Notes under the pieces: model-generated
What the model saw: only the letters and a program-made list of their open reading frames with translations
Databases searched by the model: none
Told to the model about the DNA's origin: nothing
DNA from: Squalus acanthias
Lineage: Eukaryota
DNA length: 64,000 bases
Reading direction: 5' to 3'
Assembly: GCA_030390025.1 (NCBI GenBank)
Contig: CM059433.1
Coordinates: forward strand, 13,456,001 to 13,520,000
Position numbers and translations under genes: made by a program
In this document: positions 13,290 to 25,188 of the stretch, piece after piece
How positions within the stretch are numbered: the stretch's first letter is position 1
Layout of the letters: each line of letters begins with the position of its first letter

Positions 13290-13968
13290 CATAGAAGGAT
13301 ACAGCACAGAAGGAGGCCATTAAGCCTATCGTGCCAGTGCCAGCTCTCTGAAAGAGCTAGCCAAGTCGTCCCACTTCAATGTTCTTTCCCCATAGCCCTG
13401 CAAAATTTTCACCTTCAAGTATTTATCCAATTCCCTTTGGAAAGTTACTATTGAATCTGCTTCCACCAGCCTTTCAAGGCAGTGCATTCCAGATCATAAC
13501 AACTCGCTGAGTAAAAAAATGTTTTCCCCATGTTGCTTCTGGTTCTTTTACTAATTACCTTAAATCTGTGTCATCTAGTTACCAACTCTTCTGGAACTAG
13601 GAACAGTGCAAAACCCTTCATGATTTTGAACACCTTTATCAAATCTCCCCTTAACCTTCTCTGCTATAAGGAGAACAACCCCAGCTTCTCCAATCTCTCC
13701 ACATAACTGATCCCTCATGCCTGGCACCATTCCAGTAAATCTCCTCTGAACCCTCACCAAGGCCTTGACATCCTTCCTAAAGTGTGGTGTCCGGAATTGG
13801 ACACAATACTCCAGCTGGGGCCTAACCAGTGTTTTAGAAAGGTTTAGCATAACTTCCTTGCTTTTGTACTCTATGCCTCTATTAATAAAGCCAAGGATTC
13901 TGTTTGCCTTTTTAACAGCCTTCTCAACTGGTCCTGCCATCTTCAAAGATTTGTATACATACACCTCC
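13290..13968 (-). mobile_element. CR1 3' fragment
   Basis: ORF 13575-13970 (KANRILGFINRGIEYKSKEV, LEYCVQF); tail TTCTATGATTC. Confidence 0.92.
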
Positions 13969-13984
13969 AAATTGTGGAGATAAT

Positions 13985-14748
13985 GGCCCAGAAATTGGAC
14001 TTCGATGGTTGCCGCGGGGGTAAGGATCCCCCGCGATATCGCACTCCGCGCCTGCCTTTATGGTTCGGGCCCACACGAACTTCAGCTCCTGGGCCTCTCC
14101 CTGGTGCCGGCGCGCAGTGTGTGCGTGTCCCAGAGGCGCAGTTAGTTCGATGCGACCTCTGGGATCACGTGAGCCAGTTAGAGCCAATGGCAGCAGACTA
14201 TCTTTCATTCATAGTTTTGACAGGAAGACCTGTCAAAACTATGAATACAAATTGCCCCCAAAAGAACAGCTAAACCTCAATTAAATTAAAAAAAAACCAT
14301 CACATTAATAAAATAACTATAGTTAAATAAATTAACCACTTTAAACAAAAATAAAAATTTTTGAAAAAATTTAAATTCTTTTTAAAAGTTATAAAAATAA
14401 ACTTACCTTTCTTTAAAGTCTCTAAAAAAGATAAACCTGTTGAAATTTTTTTAAAATAATACTTAATTAACTACTTACCTTGTTAAAAGGGGGTCTTACG
14501 CCTGCTTTTTTCATGTGTAAAATCTTCAACACTTACCTTCGCGTTCAAACCTGAAAAAAAAACTAAGTGTGCTGCGTGCGCACAGCCTGTAGTGCGCACG
14601 CGGTTCACTTAGGAACCGCCCCCTTCGCAATATCGGAAGTGCCGGTTTCCCGCGCATGCGCAGTGCATGCAGGAAACCGGCACTTCGGGACCGAATATGG
14701 GTGAGTACACAGTGCGTACTCTCCCGTATTCGGCCGAATTTCTGGGCC
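13985..14748. mobile_element. Harbinger-type MITE family A, copy 2
   Basis: TIRs GGCCCAGAAATT / AATTTCTGGGCC; colinear with 2324-3087; flanks AAT/TTT, so no clean TSD. Confidence 0.9.
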
Positions 14749-15189
14749 TTTAACTCTATGTTTAAGCACGCTGGGAGTAATTTTAACTTTGGGCGATAGT
14801 GTAATATGGGTGATATCAAATTAGTGGCCCATTAGGTGCCCTGCCCAATTTTCCCTTCCATTGACTTCAAAATCACCCAAAGTTAAATTGGGCATTCCTC
14901 TGGGAACCTCGTTAGTCCTCAGGGATCTTGAGCACAATGAAGAGTTGCAGAAAAATGAACAGGGTGAGGTCTGTCTGCATCTGAGGCAGGGATTCACTGT
15001 TACCCTAGTATCTGGGTGCATGAACTCCACTCAAGCTAATTAGGCATTAGAGAGGAGATGTGCCTTTATCTTTATGCTTCACCAGGGAGGCATTTCTCCA
15101 TGATGGGATTGTGGCTGTAAATTACGCAAGATCTATTGTACAAGCTGCAAAGTAATCTACTGGGGTAGATTTTCATCTTCACTGCCACG

Positions 15190-15898
15190 GTGTCATATTT
15201 TACCCTGAAATGAGCTTCCGACCACATATCCACAGCATAACAAAGGCCTATTTCCACCTCCCATCGCCCATCTCCGCCCTTGCCTCAGCTCATCCGCTGC
15301 TGAAACCCTCACCCATGCCTTTGTTACCTCTAGACTGGACTATTCCAATGCACTCCTGGCTGGCCTCCCACGTTCTACCCTACGTAAACTTGAGGTCATC
15401 CAAAACTCGGCTGCCCGTGTCCTAACTCGCACCAAGTCCTGTTGACCCATCACCCCTGTGCTCGCTGACCTACATTGGCTCCCAGTTAAGCAGCGCCTCG
15501 ATTTCAAAATTCTCATCCTTGTTTTCAAATCCTTCGGAGGCCTCGCCCCTCCCTATTTCTGTAATCTCCTCCAGCCCCACAACCCCCCCCCCCCCACCTC
15601 CCCAAGACATCTGCGCTCCTCTAATTCTGCCCTCTTGAGCATCCCTGATTAAAATCGCTCAACCATTGGTAGCCGTGCCTTCTGTTGCCTGGGCCCTAAG
15701 CTCTGGAATTCCCTGCCTAAACCTTTCTGCCTCACTACCTCTCCTTCCTCCTTTAAGATGCTCCTTGAAACCTACCTCTTTGACCAAGCTTTTGTGGCTC
15801 GGTGTCAAATTTCTTGTCTTATAATACTCCTGTGAAGCGCCTTGGGACGTTTTACTACATTAAAGGTGCTATATAAATACAAGTTGTTGTTGTTGTTG
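15190..15898 (+). mobile_element. L2 3' fragment
   Basis: LADLHWLPVKQRLDFKIL motif; tail AAAGGTGCTATATAAATACAAG(TTG)n. Confidence 0.93.
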
Positions 15899-17139
15899 AC
15901 ACCCATTGTAGAACATGTCCAATTTTCATTCCGTTGAAGTCAATGTACCCTGAAGCTCACTATTTGGTGTGAAGGTAACAGCTATAAATTAGAGCATGAG
16001 AGCTGAAAAGAACACAATTACCCTCCCAATAGAATTTTCTGGCCTATTTTATTTTGAACAATAAGTGGCAAAGCTCAGTTCCACCAAGATAACGTCAAGC
16101 AACCCCTAAAGGTTGGGTTCCGCTCATAAATAACTTGCCACCTGTCCAATTTTTTCTATGCAAAATATGTGTCGTTAAATTTTTATGCTACAATTGTCAA
16201 TAAAATATCCTGCAGTTCCGCTGGTTATGGAAGGCTTCTAGTGACCTGATGGACACTGTGGCCTAGCAATTTGATGGCAATGCAGCCGATTTGGGCGTGG
16301 ACTAATTTTTACCCCTGTGTTCTGTGTTCACCTGCGCACCTACTCAAGAGGTTACTGGGCTGGGAACAAAGTGCATCTTCACTAAAATGAAGCTCCTGAG
16401 GCAATTTGCCCATAATACATTCTGACCAGGGTGCATGAGGAATGTAGAGGGACTTAAAAAACTCCGTCAATATTAGCACTGCATTACCATAGCCATAGTC
16501 ACAGCAGCCATTGACTTGTGTGTGTGTCTAGGTTCTTTCTAGGCAGCTTGCAGCAATCAATTGATTGGCCATATCACATTGCATGTAGCAGATCGCAGAT
16601 AGTGCACACGAGAAAGTGCATCATTATTTAAGATTCTCCCGAACAAAGCAATAGGAACTGGATACTCAGCAGCAGTTTTATGTGATACAATGGGTATTGA
16701 ATTCTACTGACTGCAGGTGTATAGACATTGGCAGCTATTCAGAGTGAAGTTACATATCTAAACTAGACAGGAGTTGTGACACCAAAAATATATGCATATG
16801 TGAATTGGCCTGTTTCAATCAGCTAAGACAGATAGAAATCTCAAAAGTTGGCAAGTGAAGGACGATGGACATTACAAAGATATAACTAAGTCCATAGATC
16901 TACTTGTACAGTTTATTAGCTGTCCCAGTGATTTAAGAGGTTAAAAAAATTACATTTAAATTTTTAACTCCTTATAGCCAGAGACTGAATTTACCAAATT
17001 GCAGTTTAATTCCAGGAAATCCCTTCAGATTTCAAATCCCATGGTTTGGTATGGGTCCCAAATAGACCACCTGAATGTTTGAGTGCTTCATAAATAACAA
17101 CCTAACAATCTAGTTTCTCTGACGTTTGGTTTCCTATGT

Positions 17140-17288
17140 TTATCTAGACACAAAAGGCATCAAGGGGTATGGGGAGAGAGCGGGAATATGGTATTGAGAT
17201 AGAGGATCAGCCATGATCATATTGAATGGCGGAGCAGGCTCGAAGGGCCGAATGGCCTACTCCTGCTCCTATTTTTCTATGTTTCTAT
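17140..17288 (+). mobile_element. Short CR1 3' end
   Basis: Near-identical to the tail of the CR1 at 31918-32062; TTTCTATGTTTCTAT tail. Confidence 0.9.
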
Positions 17289-18322
17289 CACCACCATTAT
17301 TAATATTTCTAAACTTAATAAAGATCAAGTAGATCCCTAAATTGATTTGTATCAGAGGTGAAAACCTTAGATTGTTTCAAGAGTCGGTTAAATGATGTAC
17401 TAAGGAGAATTCAGGTCACTTATTCTGGCCGGATTAGGTAAGATGAGCTGAATGGGCTTCCACATCTTTACCTTGCTTGTAATTTGTACAGATGGTCTCA
17501 GCACACACTTCGCTTTTGAGAGGCATGACTCTCGTGACCTGATGGACACTGCGGCCTGGAAATTTGATGGCACCGCAACCGTTTTGGGCGTGAACTGATC
17601 CTCGCTGTATATTTTCTGTAATAGCTCTGTCAACTATGCTTCACTCACATCTCAGTTTTTATCTAAATTAAAAATCTCTCCCAATACTCCACGTCAAACA
17701 AACAGGACAATATAACTACTGTATGTCTGAAAACCTGCCGGGGATATGTCTTGCTTTGTATTATCCATGAACATGTTTTGTCCTTTTTTCGGGCTGATCA
17801 AAGTGGGTAACGTCAATGCTGGGGAATGGACCACTCTTTCAGTGTCAGGATCAAGCAGTCCCACGTGAGGTATGGTGCACGCTGATGCAAAGTAATGCTC
17901 CTTCCCCTCTCTCCTGACAAATATGCCTTGACCTCCAACCTCATAAGAGCACCTCTTGCTGCATTAATATGACATTTATATTTTCTAAGCCCAGCCATCC
18001 TGTATCTTTTCTGAGTGAGGTTGTCAATTTTGTGCAATTAGGGCTACATTGTGCGATGTTTTGCACTGTGGACTTGCACCCACTAGAATCTGGATCCAGA
18101 CTGGCTATATTTATTTTCTGTTAAGTCTCTTGCCATTGGTAAAGAGAAGAAACTGGACAGGATTTGAACAAAGATCCTGTAGGTGAAAAAGGACAGTGTT
18201 CTAATCCAACCCAGTTGATCACCCATTATTATTGACAACATCCTCTTAAATTGGCAGAATAATTGCTCAGTGCTGAGGGTAATACTCACTATATCGGCCA
18301 CTTATTACCTGCCTAGTTGATG

Positions 18323-18710
18323 AACATACGAACATAAGAACATACGAATTAGGAGCAGGAGTAGGCCACTTGGCCCCTTGTGCCTGCTCCGCCAATCAAT
18401 AAGATCATGGCTGATGTTCATAGAATCTTACAGAATAGAAGGAGGACATTCGGCCCACCGTGCTGTGCCGGCTCTTTGAAAGGTCTATCCAATTCGTCCC
18501 ACTTGCCCGTTCTTTCCCCATAACCCTGCAAATTTTTCCTCTTCAAGTATATATCCAGTTTCCTTTTGTAAATTACTATTGAATCTGCTTCCACCACCCT
18601 TTCAGGCAGTGCCTTCCAGATCATAACAACACGCTGCGTAAAAAAAAATTGTCCTCATCTCCCCCCCTTGGTTCTTTTGCCAATTATCTTAAATATGTGT
18701 CCTCTGGTTA
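18323..18710 (-). mobile_element. Two adjacent CR1 3' ends
   Basis: Two separate CR1 tails (from 18323 and 18419) and IWKALPERVVEADSI motif. Confidence 0.85.
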
Positions 18711-18839
18711 TGTTCATTTCATCCAATGAAAGACCTGAATTTATAAAGCACTTTATCACTTCTCTCAGAATAGTCCCATAACCCTTGATATGCAATGAAG
18801 TGCATTCACTGCTATGTAGGCAGACATAACAAGTCATTC

Positions 18840-20788
18840 CCCGCACAGCCCGCTTCTACCTCCTTCCCAAGATCCACAAACAGGACTGCCCTGGTAGACC
18901 CATCGTTTCAGCCTGTTCTTGCCCCACGGAACTTATCTCTTCCTATCTCGACTCTATTTTTTCTCCCCTTGTCCAGTCTCTTCCCACCTACATCCGCGAC
19001 TCTTCTGACGCCCTCCGCCACTTTAACAGTTTCCAGTTTCCTGGCCCCAACCATCTCCTTTTCACCATGGACGTACAATCCCTCTACACCTCCATCCCCC
19101 ACTAGGATGGCCTGAGGGCGCTCCGCTTCTTCCTTGAACAGAGGCCCAACCAGTCCCCATCCACCACCACCCTTCTCCGCCTGGCTGAACTTGTTCTCAC
19201 ATTGAACAACTTCTCCTTTGACTCCACTCAAAGGTGTTGCTATGGGTACCCGCATGGGTCCTAGCTATGCCTGCCTTTTTGTGGGATATGTGGAACACTC
19301 TTTGTTCCAGTCCTACTCGGGTCCCCTCCCTCACCTCTTTTTCTGGTACATTGATGACTGTATTGGTGCCGTTTCCTGCTCTCGCCCTGAACTAGACAAT
19401 TTCATTCACTTTGCATCCAATTTCCACCCTTCCCTCACCTTCACATGGTCCATCTCTGACTCTTCCCTTCCCTTGCTCGACTTCTCCGTCTCCATCTCTG
19501 GGGATAGGTTATTGACCAACATTCACTACAAGCCCACTGACTCCCACAGCCACCTGGACTACACTTCCTCCCACCCCGCCTCCTGTAAGGACTCTATTCC
19601 CTTCTCCCAGTTTCTCCGTCTCCACTGCATCTGCTCCGACGATGCCACCTTCCATACCAGTGCTTCCGACATGTCTTCCTTTTTCCTCAACCAAGGATTC
19701 CCCTCTACCGTGGTTGACACAGCCCTCGACCGGGTCCGTTCTATCTCCCGCACTTCTGCCCTCACCCCTGCCCCTCCCTCCCGGAACCACGATAGAGTTC
19801 CCCTTGTCCTCCCCTTTCACCCCACCAGCCTCCACATTCAACGGATCATCCTCCGCCATTTCCGCCACCTCCAACGTGATCCCACCACCAAACGTATCTT
19901 CCCCTCACCTCCCCTTTCAGCATTCCGTAGGGACCGCTCCCTCCGAGACACCCTAGTCCACTCCTCTATCACTCCCAGCACCCCTTCCCCCTCACCCGGC
20001 ACCTTCCCGTGCAAGTGCAGGAGATGCAACACCTGCCCTTATACCTCCCCCCTTCCCACTCTCCAGGGCCCCAAACACCCCTTCCAGGTGAAACAGTGAT
20101 TTACTTGTACTTCTTGCAATCTAGTATGCTGTATTCGCTGCTCACGATGTGGTCTCCTCTACATTGGGGAGACCAAACGCAGATTGGGTGACCGCTGTAC
20201 GGAACACCTCCGTTCAGTCCGTAAGGGTGACCCCGAGCTTCCGGTCGCTTGTCATTTTAACTCACCGCTCCACGCCCACTCAGACCTCACCGTCCTCGGC
20301 CTCTTGCATTGTTCCACGGAAGCTCAGCGTAAGCTCGAGGAACAGCACCTCATCTTCCGATTAGGCACTTTACAGCCTTCCGGACTCAATATTGAGTTCA
20401 ACAATTTCAGATCATAACCTCGGCCCCGACCATTTTTATCCCCCCTTTTGGTTTGTGCCTTTTCCCTTTTTTTTCTCTCTCTCCCACACGGCAGCTGTCT
20501 TTCATCCTGCCAGCGCATTTCACACTTCTGAGCCATCTTTTGTCTCTTAACCTGTCCTATTACCATCTCGTCTCGCCTTGTGTATCTCTTAATGTCTCTA
20601 CATCTCACAGACCTTCCCTTTTGTTCTTTTATTCCCTCCCCCAGCCTCCAAACTTGCTTTTTCATCTGTTTCATTTCCTGCTTTTTTCTCAGTTCTGACG
20701 AAGGGTCTTCGACCTGAAACGTTGACTCTGTTTCTCTCTCCACGGATGTTGCCTGGCCTGCTGAGTTTTTCCAGCGCTTTCTGTTGTT
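18840..20788 (+). mobile_element. 5'-truncated Penelope-like element (family A): RT + GIY-YIG pseudogene, 3' UTR, terminal repeat
   Basis: GVAMGTRMGPSYA, YIDD, YKPTD RT motifs; CxxC and LYIGETKR...EH GIY-YIG in the same frame after a TGA at 20097; 14-bp TSD ATAACAAGTCATTC at 18826-18839 and 20789-20802. Confidence 0.95.
20691..20727 (+). ncRNA. Minimal hammerhead ribozyme motif (family A)
   Basis: AGTT-CTGACGA-AG-GGTC-TTC-GACC-T-GAAA-CG-TT-GACT: core boxes, stem II, stem I and palindromic ACGT. Confidence 0.75.
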
Positions 20789-20867
20789 ATAACAAGTCAT
20801 TCTGTTCACTTCCCCATTCAGCAATACGATGAATGACCAGTTGATCTGTTTTATTGTGTCATTGGTT

Positions 20868-21322
20868 ACATAAGAACATAAGAAATAAGAGCAGGAATAG
20901 GCCACTTGGCCCCTCGAGCCATTCAATAAGATCATGGCTGATCTTGGGCTGAAAGCCACTTCCTTGCCCGCTCCCCATAACCCTTCACTCCCTTATCTTG
21001 CAAAAATCTGTCTATCTCCACCTTAAATGTATTTAATGACCCAGCCTCCACGGCTCTCTGGGGCAGAGAATTCCACAGATTTACGACCCTCAGAGAAGAA
21101 ATTCCTCTTCATCTCAGTTCTAAAAGGGCGATCCTTTATTCTGAAACTATGCCCCCGAGTTCTAGATTTCCCCACGAGGGGAAACATCCTCTCTGCATCT
21201 ACCTTGTTGAGACCCTCAGTATCTTATATGTTTCAATAAGATCACCTCTCATTCTTCTAAATTCCAATGAGTATAGGCCCAGCCTGCTCAACCTTTCTTC
21301 ATAAGTCAACCCCTTCATCTCT
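20868..21322 (-). mobile_element. CR1 3' fragment
   Basis: (TTCTTATG)n tail and NFFSLRVVNLWNSLP-type sequence on minus. Confidence 0.9.
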
Positions 21323-21856
21323 GGTTGAGCAAGTAATGTTGGCCAAGCCACGAGAACAACTCGCTGCAGCTTGCAACAGTTTCTAATAGCATTGTGTCTT
21401 TTGATGTTACATTCAGCAGTATAAAGTAAGCACTTAAGTGTGACATATGATGCTCCTTGGTGCTTGCTGTCAACAACATAGGAGCTTAAAAAAAATATTT
21501 ATTCCTAATTGTATCTAAAGCTTTCAAATGCTCAGCTTGGATTTTGTGTCCATGCCTGATAAAATAGACTGAAATATTATTAGTCAGGAGGGTTCCCACT
21601 ATCTTGCTTACGCTCAGTGCTGGACTGTGGTGTTAGATAAGAGCCCACTCCTCCCTCGCTGGCTCCAGGCCACATTCCAGTTCTGCTGGCAGATTAGATC
21701 ACAAAAGAAACAGACAGTGCTTTAACCAGACTAAGAGATTTTGTAGACGATCGTGTTTGTGGGTGTGTGGCTCTTTGTAATCGGTGATAAAACTTTCAAA
21801 GAGACAGAAAGAAACCCCAGCAAAACCTCCATCCCTTTTATCTACTTCTGAATCAT

Positions 21857-21877
21857 CAGGTTGCCCCTGGCAACCTG
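21857..21877. promoter_or_regulatory. Palindromic RFX X-box-like motif
   Basis: CAGGTTGCC-CCT-GGCAACCTG fits GTNRCC(N0-3)RGYAAC; function untested. Confidence 0.3.
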
Positions 21878-22304
21878 TGATAAATGTTGACACCAATCAC
21901 TCCAGATGTTCCAAACCACTCTTTGAGACCAAGCGCCACAAAAAGCAAACCTCCTTTCTGACTAAAAGTAGCAGATTACCTCAGGTGAACACTGCAGGAG
22001 ACAGGGATGCCTTGTTACTGATGTCTGCGTGTGATGAAAATGGGGCTTATGTGAGTTTCTGCTCTTAGAAGAGGATTTAAATTAACGGCTATTAAAGAAG
22101 ACTTAGCTGCAAATTAGCGCAGGTTTATGCCAAGAAAAGAAATCCTGGCTGGAGAATGTTAACAAATCGTAATGGTTTCAATAACACCATTGGTCTTTAG
22201 GGAGTCTGAACATGTACTGCCTGGTACACAACAGATTGTTCCTGAAAATATGATAAAATAGTTTGAAATGAATAAAACATTTGAAAAATGTCAGACAAGA
22301 TAAT

Positions 22305-22415
22305 GTTTCCTACATTACAACAGTGACTATACTTCAAAAGTACTTCAATGGCTATAAAGCGCTTCAGGGCATCCCGAGGTTGTGAAAGGCGCTATATAAA
22401 TGCAAGTCTTTCTTT
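22305..22415 (+). mobile_element. 3' end of Deu-domain SINE (L2-type tail)
   Basis: Matches the 3' part of 40400-40510 and reverse complement of 49688-49810. Confidence 0.85.
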
Positions 22416-23049
22416 CAAAAAAGACCATTCCCTTAGATTAGGGAGGAAGGCTCACCAGCAGTATCCTTTGTAAAAGTCAAATCATGACAAAGAATCATAG
22501 TCAACTTTATAACGGCTTTATTTGTTTTGTTGATTTCTGTAATCTTTCTTTAAAATATTTGTGCTTAAACAGTAAGCAGTCGAACACAAAAGACCTGACT
22601 GTGTGGAGTTGTAGCGGCCACGAGGGAGCGGAGATGTCGTCATTAAACGGGAAGTATTTGCTGCTGAACTTGCGAATAATTCCTGCATGTTACAAAGGAA
22701 TCTCTACACATACGTGTGTTCTTGTTGCCTGTTATTACTGTGCTGTGTGCTTCCGAACTGTGGGTTACTGATGGCTCAGTGTTAAAATGCATGACGTAAC
22801 ATGGTGCAAGTTCGTAAAGAATAGGAAGAAAAGACAGACTTGCATTTGTGTAGCGACATGTCATGCCTCAGATATGTCTCAAAGTGCTTCACATACAATT
22901 AGTTCCTTTGAACGTGACTGTTATGTAAGCAAAGGTAGAAGGTCCCAGGTTTGATTTCTGGCCTACTCTGATTTTCACTTTTTTGGGGGGGTTATTTCTT
23001 CCCTTTGTCCAAATAATTTTCATCCCTCCTTTCCTGAAGGCGTTAACTT

Positions 23050-23640
23050 CTGCTGGGGTACAATCTCACAGCTGCTGGGTTGCCCTTGGGTATGTTGCTC
23101 AATTTGCCGTTTTTCATGTTTCACCCTTGACATTGAGTGTCAGGAGGCTGTTCACGTGCAGGGCAAATCCCAATCAAGCCCAGTCCTGCCTTCATCTAAT
23201 GTCCACTCACAAGTAGTTCTGGAACAGTGTGCTGTTTAGACGAGAGTACTTTTGCTCCCCTCACCCTGGGGATGTAGTGCCCGATTGTAGTGTCCCTCCT
23301 GTTGCCTTGAGTAAGATCAGCTAGCTTAGCGCAGACTGGGAATTGATCGTGGGAGCTTTGAGTTCTGTATAGCTCATCTGTTCTCTGGCTTAACTAGATG
23401 AAATTGAGAGGTCGCACAACACCAGGTTATAGTCCAACAGTTTTATTTGAAATCACAAGCTTTCGGAGCTATCGATCGCCCCTTCCTCACCTGAGGAAGG
23501 GGCGATCGATAGCTCCAAAAGCTTGTGATTTCAAATAAAACTGTTGGACTATAACCTGGTGTTGTGCGACCTCTCAATTTTGTCCACCCCAGTCCAACAC
23601 CGGCATCTCCGCATCTTAACTAGATGAGCCACTGAGAGAG
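23050..23640 (-). mobile_element. Degraded tRNA-derived SINE (unnamed family), head interrupted by the fold-back mini-element
   Basis: Reverse complement of the motif GGGACACTACAATTGG..CCCCTGGG seen at 23735 and 49441; A-box-like TGGCTCATCTAG at the insertion site. Confidence 0.55.
23402..23614. mobile_element. Fold-back mini Penelope-like element (family B)
   Basis: 89-bp arms 23401-23489 / 23492-23580 with one mismatch; 13-bp TSD CTTAACTAGATGA at 23389-23401 and 23615-23627; homologous to 54682-54804. Confidence 0.92.
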
Positions 23641-23675
<35 letters not shown>

Positions 23676-23679
23676 TGTG
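23641..23679. repeat. (GT)n microsatellite
   Basis: Direct reading. Confidence 0.97.
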
Positions 23680-23699
23680 CGCACGCGGCATTTGTGCGT

Positions 23700-24005
23700 G
23701 TTGAGTTAACTGATTTCAGCTGGGGCAGTGATAGGGACATTACAATTGGTTTTTAGAATTCCTGACCTAAGGGAGAAGAAAAAAGCCAGGGCTCTTTCCG
23801 ATTCCATAATGAATCAACACTGCTGGAAAGTATGTGTGTGGATCTCAGGTGGGGGTAGGACATTGGATTCAGCTGTGATGGCCTCTCATGGTAGAACAGT
23901 TGCCCAGAACTGACTGACTAGGTTCTTGTGTGAAGAGTGGTCGACTGGGTTGGCTATCGAAGGGCTGACAGTGGTCCTAAAACCATGAATCAGTGCCTTC
24001 AGGAC
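23700..24005 (+). mobile_element. Degraded SINE body (same unnamed family as 48395 and 49355)
   Basis: Shared motifs GAGTTAACTGATTTCAGC, ACAATTGG, GTGTGTGGAT..AGGACA, CCTTCAGGA. Confidence 0.6.
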
Positions 24006-25188
24006 AGTGTAGAATTATCCCGATTAGAAGGTTATGCTAATACATTGCTACTTTAGGGGCTTGAGAGTAGAGAGGCAGTATCTTGCACAAAGGAATTAGA
24101 AATAGATATTTATGGAGCTGAATGTTTCTGTGTTAATTAAAAATCATGTTCATTACTTCACATGGTTGAGTTTGATCAAATGAAGTCAGAAGGAATAGAT
24201 CTTGCCTAACCAACCTTGATCTTTGTGCCACCCCACCATGCTAATAGAACACTGATCCATGAAGTCAAAATAGTGGCGTACAAGTCGGCGGAAGTAACAC
24301 CCTACGGTCAGGACACATCTTGAGAACTGTGTCCAGTTCTAGTCATAAGACACATGTGATACTTTCAACCTATGTTCCCTTTAAGCAGCGCTCCAGGGAT
24401 CCCGCGCAGCTGGCTTTTCGATGCAAAAACCGCGCATTCGCGGTATTTTGAATGGCCCGTGCAGTCTCTTAAAGGGGCCACGTGGCAGCCAAAAGAAATT
24501 AGGGGGAACATGGCTTTCAACACATGCCAATGTCAACGTTTGATGCGGCCAGCCAGTGTTTTGGACTGAATGTGTACTTGTCTGCATTTGGGGATAAAAT
24601 GCAACGGATTTTATACTTCCCACGCTCTTCTGAGGTCTCCCAGTGCGGCTCTGTGGTTTTGTGCAAGTGCAACCGGTTATTTGGCTTCCCACACTTGATG
24701 CCACTGATTAGTACTTGGTGATGTGGGGCAGAGCCTTGTGGGGGGTTGACCAGAATTTTCATTTTCTTGGGATTTTAGCAGCCAGAGATTATGGCCAGTG
24801 GTCTTTCCCCTCCGGTGCAAAGGACTATAGCTGAGAAAGCTCTAGACACTCTTACTGGCCCAGGAAGAAGGCTTTGCAGGGATGTGATAGTCCTTCCAGC
24901 GCTGTTTTCTGCAATCATTTTCCAGGGCATCCAATTTGTCTTCTCATCGGCCACTATTACCTTCTTTCAGTGCAGGTAAAGTTGATTGTGCCTTACTCTG
25001 CTGTTCGTCCTCTCATATCTTCTTATCTTCTTTGGCATCAGCCTTCCAATTAACACACTTTATCACTCCCAGTTTCCGTTTTACAAGAGTCCAAACTTGA
25101 CAGAGCTGTAACTCCTCATGTTATTATCTTTTTCCCCCATTTCTCACGCTCTATTCCAATATGGTAGAGTGATCCAAATATTCAATAC

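Noticed and set aside
24760..25050. Possible R4/Dong-like LINE remnant or exon (KIRRYERTNSRVRHNQLY on minus)
   Set aside because: Short, needs a frameshift and is followed by stops; cannot support without a search.
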